A stretch of 64,000 bases of DNA from Lingula anatina (taxonomy: Eukaryota; Animalia; Brachiopoda): NCBI GenBank assembly GCA_051362555.1, contig CM120640.1, positions 7,502,001-7,566,000 on the forward strand, read 5' to 3'. Shown in pieces: positions 54,901 through 64,000 of the stretch; within the stretch, counting starts at the first letter, position 1, and each line of letters begins with the position of its first letter. Made by a program: the position numbers and the translations under genes. Below the pieces are notes generated by a model, which made no database searches, was not told where the DNA came from, and saw nothing but the letters and a program-made list of their open reading frames with translations.

Positions 54901-57900
54901 TTGGGAACGCACCCTATGATGCTTCTTTATATGCAGAAACAGAAATGGATAAGGTAATTGTAAATGAAATTACTGTTTTCTTTTTAGGGATAGTTATACA
55001 AAAAAGGTGCAGCGCCAGGAACAAATGCAGAAAATGCGTCAAGAGATGGAACATCTGCAAGAGCAAGAATTAAGAAGCAGAGAAGAAGAAAAAGGTCTGT
55101 ACAGATGTATATTAGTATTGAGAAATTATAGGCAATTTTTGACAGATGCTGTACTGTCATATACTAGTACATGAATGTTTTAAAGGCCTTGCCTTCTCAT
55201 AGGATTTAGATGAGTTGATAGTAACATGAATTGATTTTTCTATTTTAAGAAAAATAGTGTTACAAAACAGATATTTCAATTCGGAAATATTTTGTGACTG
55301 GCATTTGGCACATTAGTGGGATTATAAATGTGAATATAAAATTGGAACATTGAAGCTGGTATAATTTAATAGCTCTCAGATAAATATTAAGTTGTGTAAA
55401 AAAAGTGAAACAATGAGTATCCTTTAGGAAGGTGTGGGGCATGATTCATAAGTATTACTTTTAAAAATTATGTTACCAGTCATTAAGTTGATTAGGTTTG
55501 TCAAAGACTGGCATGGCAATGTAATTCTATTTGAATTGTTGTTGCAGTGTTTAAATTAGAAGAAGAAGAAGACAAATTGTTACAGGACAAGTACAGCCAC
55601 GGGCAGGAACCAAAAGGTAGAATATTGCAACATTGAGTAGTGCCACCATTGTGGCTAGTAGAACTGAAAAACCAAAATTGAGAGCAGGGTTTATATTGTA
55701 CATTGTCATCAACAAACAGTAGCAATCTGATACGGATGCATGGTTGTGTGTGCATTATGTTTGCATGTCCTTTTGAAATGTTAGAAATGAATGTTATATA
55801 AATAGCTAATCAGATGCCCACTAACTGCATTCTCAGCATTGGTTGAATGAGTATTGAGTGTACATTACAAGGGGAAAAATTCATAGAATCCATATAAGGT
55901 ATTGTCAAGAATCTTGTGTGATGTTTCAGGTAACGATACATAATGATTGTTTAATTCTTTGAATAGCGTGGATTTAATGGTATTTTTGTCTCCTTAACTA
56001 GTTCTAAATATGTGCTGAATCATTTGGTTTTTACTACTGTTATGAGTAATTTGAAAGACTTGGATTTCTGATATTCAATTACCAGATAGCCAAGCCTCCA
56101 ATTGTGAAGGTAATCTTATGGACATCGAAGTTGTAAAGACCTTTGTTTGTTGTTGCCAGTCCTCACATGATGTCTGTGTCTGATGTTTAACAGAATGATA
56201 TGTATTGTGAAGAAAAATGGGCTTGCTGTGATATATTTGTCCCACATGTCCAACTTAAATGTTCGCAGTATCTGTCTTCATTGTTGGTTTGATATTTAGC
56301 TGTATAAATTCAGGTTTAAAAAAGCCTCAAATACCCACTGCAGTAAGGCAAAATGTTTTTATCATAAAATATCAGTTAAAGCTAAAAAAATAAACTTCAT
56401 GATTGACTCAGCTTTAATGTAAGCAGTTCTCAAGCATGTAACAGTATCTGTGGTGAAGACTGTGTGATTATTTGCATTAAGTTGTCCAATTATCAGTCTG
56501 TAGGTTTTGCTGAATTGTTCTATTGTTTAGTGTTTTTTGTGGCAGAGTAAATCATTCCCTAGGCACCCTTCTTATTTACAGTGTGACAGTTTCAATCATT
56601 CATGCAGATTGCATTTTTGTCTGTCATATCACAGTATCTATTTCCATTTTCCACAATGCTTCCACGTTCAGTTATCATAATCAAAGGAGTAATGATGTAA
56701 AATATCTGATTTGAGATAACGCCATTGGTAATCAAACAGTTCCTAGTTTTACTTACCCCCCCCCCCCCCCCTCCCTGCGCACTGAAAACATATTTTGCAG
56801 ATTTACTTTCTTTTTGTAAATTCCCCTGACAGGGTTATTTCATTTTCACTACTAAGATAAAAAGTGTAAAAAAAAACTTGTTAATTACTTGTTTACCAGC
56901 TTGCATGTTGTTTACTAACTTGTTATGAGTTTACATGTTTTATTAATGTGAATTGTTAATGTTTCATGATATTAAATGCAACCGTGCTGTTATTTTCTTT
57001 CTTTTTTTTTATTAAAAATGTTGCAATTTGTAATTACTTAATGCCTGTAAGTGTTTATTGTTTTGCATTTATTATTTTTCTGTTTAAATCTTTAAATCAT
57101 GAGCATGATATTGATCCAGCCATGATAGGAACTATACATACATGTATGTTGAGTCTAGCACCACTTTGCTTCACAAGCAGCAACCTGGTAGCTATGTAGA
57201 CCCAACAAGATGTGTTGACTTGACATATACTGCAGACAACTGAAGTTGTTTTTGGCAAAAACATCTTTGTTTTACTACATGAGCTTTGCATGTTACTTTC
57301 AGAATACATTTACTAATGCTTATTTCCTGCATGCTGTTTGTAGGTTATTGTAGTGATGATGAATATGAAGAGCATGACAGAGATATTGCAAAGTCATTTT
57401 TTCAACGTAAAAAGAAGTATGCATCTGTGCCTGTTGAAGATACTTCTGACACTGCATATGTGCGCCCAGACTCCTATGTTAAAAGTAGTTATAGTGGTGG
57501 AAATGTGGGTAACTCTCATTCACTGTCATCACATGGAAGCCTGAGAAATCAAAAGGCACTAGGACAGAGCAGTTACAGCAGGCCACAAACTTTTCAAGAT
57601 TCGCCACAATCCAGGAAAGTTAGTGGTCGACGAATAGCTAACCACAAACGTAACAGTTATTCGTGTGACGAGGAAAGTGAGGGCAGTCAGGACAGTCTGG
57701 AGTCTGGTGGGCCGCGGGGCGGTGCATACACCAAGCATGAAGAGAGAGGTATCTAACTTCCTCTGTGTAAGCCTACTGTGGCATCTTGTGGTGGCAGCAA
57801 TCTCTTTCATTATTCTCAGCTCTATTTCACCTCACTGCACGGCATTTGTCACACGCCGAGTCTCCATGCACTTCACTTTTCTGCAAGTGGAAAGTTTCCA

Positions 57901-60900
57901 AATGTTCTTTGGGATAATCACAGGTTTTTTTGGTGCAGATTTCTCTGATTGTTTATAAAGAACATGCGTTTTGTAACCTCCGTTCATGCATACTTTCCTC
58001 CCACAATCTTGCTTTTCTAAATAACATGCATGAACAAACTTACTGATAATCATGTCTTTTTATTGAGCATGGAATGATATTTGAAGTGTACTAACAGATT
58101 TTTTGCTTCCCTCTTTATGCATGCATGCTTGTTTGCGTGTCTCTTTTCTGTTTAAACAGGTTATAAGTGTTGTTATATTGCAAATTTAATGTTAAAGTGA
58201 GCATTTTTTTTTCAAATTTTTCCTTTTGTTAGAAATTTATATGCCCCTGGACTAAGTTTAGGGGTATAATGGATTTTGATTATCAGTCTGTGTGATTATA
58301 GCCAAAAATGTAGAACCAGGAATCATTATAACTGATATTATAAAGATAATACTTTTTGTCACATTCATTCTAAATATAACCTGAAGCATTGCTGTTAGGG
58401 TGAAGGACAAATCAGCAAATGCTACCATTTAAAATTAGATTTCTGAGGTTTTTCACATGGACTTCTTTTTAATTTGAACTTCCTTCGTTTAATTTGCACA
58501 TTTTCTACCATTCTGGTGATGGGTTTTACTTCCACAACACATATTTATATCTTTCATTCTTGCTTACAGTATAAGTGGATGTGGGCAAAAGTGGCAAAAT
58601 TCTTGTAGCGTTTCTTAATATGATATGTAACGTTATCATGTCTGACCACTCTGTTTCCTAATTTATCATGTGTATTTTCATATGTAGTAAGTTGTCAATT
58701 TTTTTCAATCATAAAAAATAATAAAGATGTCAGTTAAAATATGGTTCTTTTCTATCATTTACCCAGTAATATCTAAATAATTATTTAAATTTAGCTGTCT
58801 GAAATGTAATTACAAAATTTACACATTTGTCATTCGGTTTCCTAAAGATGTTAAATTAAGTTTGACCTATTATCAGACACAGATACAGATGAGGAGACAG
58901 ACCAGCTTCTTGATAAACAATATACAAAGGATACCCATGTGGACATCCCTGAACTAAATGATGCTCCAGCCACTAGACAGGTACAAGTAGCCTATGGCTG
59001 CAGACACTGGCATATGCTTGTATGCATGATAATATAGAAAAATATGCACGGATAAAGAGGAGAGCAAAAGTTGAATTTAGAGAGAATGGAATTAGCTTCG
59101 GGTGTTTCTGCTGTATTGGTGAATTTAAACCAAGTATAAAAGCAAATTCAAGGCAAGATTTCTGTGCATTTAAATACCACAAGTGCAGACTTGTATAATT
59201 GTGTCACTGATTCAGTACTATACATGAAAACATAATTTAGTTTAGGTCTTGCATGGCGGTAACAACAAACCACAAATTTAATTGATTCTTCAATACAAAG
59301 AGTGAAGTTTTTGAAGCAGTGTGTCATTGTCAGCTATATTCAGATATATATTAGTCACTTTTTCCTCATGCTACTAATACTGTTGATCACCTGTTATTTG
59401 ATATTTTCCAGGCAAACAAGTTACGAGCCAAAGAAGGTGAGCAGGAATCATGTAAGCTATCCATTTTAATACTTAATATCGATGTAACTCATTGTTGTGC
59501 TACTCCAAGCACATTTGGTGCTTTTGATGTTGTGGTCTTCTTTGCAAAATAGGTGAGTTAGATCATTTTAGATTATTTAGAATTATGGAAATGAATTTAT
59601 TTCATTTAATTTGCAAAGCTTTGTCGTTATGGTGTTCAAAATTCATTAAGGAATGTTTTTGTACAGTAGTTCTGATGATGTTTTTTTACTGTTATTTCAT
59701 CTTGAGAATGATTCTCTATTTATAAGTTATTAGCCACTGCCTTTTAAAAGGATACATGCAATTTTCTCTGCAATATACAATTGCTGCCCTTATTGATATT
59801 ATCTTTCGCAATGCACACTATCTAACTGAGCTTTTATCAGCAGATATTTGCATGCTTTTGAACTGGGGTTAAAATAAATCAGTTTTATATTCAGGCTTTG
59901 TGGACATTAATTATGTACAGAGGCTTCAGTGGATGCACAGACATCTTACCTTTGCCTGTGTTTTTAACATTATTAATACTGAGTTCCTTTTCACTTCTTT
60001 CTAGCTTGCTGTCATTCTGTTCACTGAGACATTATTAAGTAAAACATTTTTTGGTCTAAAGCTATTTCAAAATTTGAGCACAGCATTTGTTAAGAAATTA
60101 AAAGATTAAAAAGTTCAAAACATGAAATACGATCAGCCAATCCAACACTGACATCCTTCTTTTTATTTGTATAGCATTTTAAGGCAGAAATGTTTTGCTT
60201 GTGAAATTAAATCCTCAATATGTTTGGAGGAAACCTTTTTTATGAATAAAAATTGAAAAAAACTTGAACATAGTAGGCTGTTTCAAATTTATAGTTTTGA
60301 AAGTGGGCAGATAAATGTTCCTGAAAATTGATGAACAGTTTTCAGCCAGAAGCATAACGGCTCTTTCTTCAAACCCTATATAAAGCTTTGCTATAGTTGG
60401 TCTACTTTATTGTGAATATATCTGTCTTCTGTCAGTACCAAAACTAACTTTAATGTTGATATTTTTCTTAAGAAATCATGACTCTTGACAATTTAAACAA
60501 GTCTAAGAAAAGTAGAACTAATTGGACTAGATTAAATTATATCGGAAATAGAGCAACTTTTGCCAACATGACAGTACTCAGAATTTAATCCTAAATAATG
60601 CTACTCATTAGAAAGAATATTTAAAATTTGAGGTAGTTATCTGCATGCATTTTTTCCTTTTCATTCATTGTTTATGAGTATTATGCTTTTTTATAACATA
60701 ACAAACTTGATTTCTTTGATTTCCCACAACCTAATATTTAACATTGTGGTGAGTACTCCATATTTACCTGATGATGGTGGTTAAGTGTGGTAGAGGTGCT
60801 TTGGGGACGTGGAGTGAGTTGTGATGAAGGTGCTGGTAGTAATGTATTTTGTCTGGTGGAAATATTATGACTCCTCCGTGTTACGGCTTTAGACCTCTCT

Positions 60901-61977
60901 CTCTCTCTTTATCCAGTCTTCTGCTCTGCGAGGGGAAAAGTAGGAAAGAAATATCTATATTCAGACTGTGACACTTTGTATTATACTTTGGAGAGTATAA
61001 TGGTAATGTTGTATATTGCCACCAAAAGCCTTTGTCTAGGTACCCATTGCTAATGCCCAATATTTCTTGAAATTGGTGCATACTTAAAAACTTAAAGATG
61101 AGGAATGCTTCTAACTCTTAAAAGATGAGCATAGTTGATGTTTTTGAATGTTTTCATTTAAACAAATATAAATGTGTTGCTCTTGTATTTCGCTTTTACA
61201 TCATCTTTCCCTGAGAGCAATATTTTTCCTTGTTTGCTTTTATTCTCTCCAATGGGAAGTTTATATTTGTAAATTCATCATACTTTCACTTTTCTTTTTT
61301 GCTAGTCTTTGTTTCAGTTCCTTTGTTATTTAAAAGTTTTACCATTGCTTCTTGTTTTTTTGTATATTTGGTGAAGATTTGTTTATTCCTCTTGGGCAGC
61401 TTTTATATGTTAGTTGTATTGCTGGTATTTACAATAATAGTAGTTGTTGGAGAATGAATTTCAACTAAATTTAAGTCTTTTCATACCAAAGTACTGACAA
61501 TGGTCTTGGGTTCAGTGTTCCTCAGTAAAAAAGCTTGTAGATAGATTTTAATACCCAAGTAATGATTGCTTTCTCTTTATGGAATCTTGCTACTTGCTTT
61601 AACTGGGCATATTAGGGTGTTTACGTTTAATGGAAAATCCAAATATGTAATAAAACTCAAATGGTTCTTGTTTCTTTGTGCTACAGGCTAAATATTATAT
61701 TAAGCATAACCGATACCAAGCACTAGGTTTACACAGGGGTATGACCTAACAACATAAATGATTAAATAAAAAAGATAACATGTCTGATTGTCTTCAATTC
61801 CTCACTGACCACATTATGTTTGCAGTGACTGTCTATGATCCTGAACAACCTACAGTTTTGATAGAGGGGGTTCTGTTTAGAGCCCTGTACCTGGGCTCCA
61901 CCCAGCTCATCTCCGAGGGCACGCCCTCCAAGGCCATGAGGATGATGCAAGCCCAGGAGGCTGTGGGGAGAATAAAG
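51959..61977 (+). CDS. APBA1: X11/Mint/LIN-10 (APBA family) adaptor, 5' part; gene continues beyond right edge
   Basis: join(51959..54078,54988..55094,55548..55616,[56086..56109],57344..57748,58877..58980,59412..59436 or 59451,61826 or 61856..61977), with compatible phases. EEPVWVMR matches the Mint1 CASK-binding motif; [40 protein letters not shown] is the start of the X11 PTB domain. The symbol denotes the family (likely co-ortholog of APBA1-3). Confidence 0.9.
54461..54914. mobile_element. Diverged MITE 3A copy containing a nested 3B element
   Basis: TAT|GGGTGCATTC...GAACGCACCC|TAT; 3A core GAGTAGAGTACACAAAACTGGTGATTATA at ~54780. Confidence 0.65.
54506..54720. mobile_element. MITE family 3B, nested
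   Basis: TAA|GACCCCATTTCCATAGATTTTAGATCGATC...GATCGATCTAAATCTCTGGGAATACATCC|TAA; homologous to 23926-24140. Confidence 0.8.
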
Positions 61978-62899
61978 GTGAGAGCTGTGATCTTTTTGTG
62001 TAAGATTATTTGTGATATTTGATTGTGATGCTTAATAGAATGTAGCAACAGATTGTGTTTTTGTATTTTAATGGACATTTTATATGCATGGTTTGTAAAG
62101 TGATATAGAATATGACATTTATTTTACAATGCTATATGTTTGGTTTGTGGCTAATTATAGTTAAGATATCTTTCATGGCATTGTGCAAGATCACATCCGT
62201 TATTATGTGATTAGAAGTTCAAGATGTTTGTTCATGTTAAAGAAATTTGGATAGATCAGTCACCCTAAGGACCGCATAACAAGTCCACTTACAGAGTCCC
62301 TATTTAAACATCTTTCCAAAATATTTATTGGACTAACATTTTCTCTCTTATTTAGATTTATTATTTCATCTTCACCAGTGTTGTGGTTTTTTCTTTTACA
62401 TAAACAACTAGAATGCATTACGGTAAAGTCTTGAAAATTTCGTCGCTTAAAAATTAATTAATATTTTTAATTGTGTAAATCCGACTAATTTTTCAAAATT
62501 ACCTCTCCCCGACTCCTGGGTATGACGAAATTTTCAAAAATCCGGCCTTTGGGCTTTTATCCTTAGCGACTGTTATCTTTGACCCTCCTATATTGTGGGA
62601 TATTTAAAACTACTTCCTAAGTCGTTTTCTGGTGGTAAATAATAATATATTTATTACTGCATCTCGATTAAGTTAAATTTAACTTACTGTACCCGAAAAT
62701 GTGTTGAGAATTATCTTCTCGGTAAGAAACATACCTCCTGATAGAGGAGAAGGATCAAGATAAGCTTAATTGCCTCCTTGCATTATAACCTGGCCGCGAC
62801 ATATTTGAAAAAAATTATGCACTTGGCAACGTTTGTTGCATGCAGGGCTTTTCCCAGGATTGAATGTCAGGCCTTCTAAAAGTACCATCTGTAACTTCC

Positions 62900-64000
62900 T
62901 AAAAATTTACAGGGAGTTAAAATAATTGCTCCCGCAGACGATCTTCCGCAATTTAAGTCTCTTGAACTTATATGAAAACTGAACGATCTCCCGATGATGA
63001 TATGAAAATTGCCTTTTCGTCTCGCTCGGATCGCGAACGATCTCCCTCTGACGATCTTACGCGAACAAAGTCCTGGCGATATATTACGCAAACGATTCTT
63101 CGCCGAAGATACATGTATGCCGTGAGCGGGGAAGGGGGGGGGGGGTTAAAGATGAAATTAAAAATATATATTATTTATAATATTCAAAGGGGAGGGGGGG
63201 TTAAAATAATGATCTCCCGCTGACGATCGTTTGCAAACTAAGTTCCTTGAACTAATATGAAAACTGCATTTTATTATTGCTTACATCGCTAACAATCTCC
63301 CGACGATGATATGAAAATTGCCTTTACGTCAAGCTAGGATCGCGAACGATCTCCCTCTGATATGATCTTACGCGAACAAAGTCCTGAGGATATTACGCGA
63401 ACGATTCTCCGCCGAATATATACCGTGAGCGGGGGAGGGGGGCTGTTTAAAGATAAAATGAAAAAGGTATTTTTTAAATCCAAAGTGTGTGTGTCTGGGG
63501 TCTGGGGGGGGGGGGGGAGAGTGAAATAATGATCTCTCGCTGACGATCTTCCGTTAACGAAGTTCCCTAAATCCCTTGAACTAATATAAAAATTGCATTT
63601 CATTCTTGCTTACATCGCAAACGATCCCGCGATGATTATCTTACGCGAACGATTCTCCGCCGAAGATATGCCATGAGCGGGGAAGGGGGGGGGGGGGGGT
63701 TAAGATAAAATGAAAATGTATATATTATTTATTAAATTCAAAGGGGGGGGGGGTTAGAATAGTGATCTCCCGCTGACGATCTTTTGCAAACTAAGTTCCT
63801 TGCACTAATTTGAAAATTGCATTTCATTCTTGCTTACATCGCGAACGATCTCCCGATGATGACATGAAAATTGCCTTTTCGTCTCGCTCGGATCGCAAAC
63901 GATCTCCCGCTGATGATCTTACGCGAACGGAGTCTGCTATAAATATGAAAATTTTCTTCTTGTCTCGTTTGGATCGCGAACGATCTGTTGACAATATTAC
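62900..64000. repeat. CpG-rich complex satellite (~250-300-bp higher-order unit built of short subrepeats), truncated by window end
   Basis: Recurrent CGAACGATCTCCCGCTGACGATCTTACG, GATGATATGAAAATTGCCTTT, and TGAGCGGGGAAGGGGGG blocks at ~63122, 63425 and 63673. Confidence 0.88.

Noticed and set aside
58160-58196. Strong acceptor (branch point, pyrimidine tract, AG at 58159) suggesting another X11 exon
   Set aside because: The nearest donors give 7- or 37-nt exons that break frame. It could be a poison exon or recursive site, but cannot be supported without reads.
62876-63603. Short ORFs and repeat-spacer appearance in the terminal array
   Set aside because: The ORFs are translations of satellite units, and the intervening segments are themselves repeated.
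1-64000. tRNA, rRNA or snRNA genes and the remaining 60-130-aa ORFs
   Set aside because: No recognisable RNA-gene consensus seen by eye. The other ORFs have low-complexity AT-driven composition, often non-ATG starts, and no motifs.

Overview
AT-rich, intron-containing genomic DNA from an invertebrate animal (not prokaryotic). I can read four conserved protein-coding genes. (1) The 5' part of a Cngl-type cyclic nucleotide-gated channel (- strand), which runs off the left edge. (2) A complete 10-exon SMARCB1/SNF5 gene (+, 384 aa). (3) A complete 7-exon CDP-alcohol phosphatidyltransferase-family gene (-, 206 aa). (4) Head-to-head with it, the 5' part of an X11/Mint/APBA gene (+), with a CASK-binding motif and the start of the PTB domain. 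The introns carry many palindromic PIF/Harbinger-type MITEs, one decayed ISL2EU transposon (THAP + DDE + YqaJ remnants), a LINE RT fragment, and micro-, mini- and macro-satellites. The most striking observation is a small spliced gene nested antisense in the 15-kb channel intron. It encodes a 62-aa secreted precursor (signal peptide, acidic pro-region, KRVRR cleavage site) that would release DCCYRPPYWPICCPYF, a CC-CC peptide with the architecture of framework-V (T-superfamily) conotoxins. All gene models were assembled by eye from GT-AG sites and reading-frame continuity; no database search was run.
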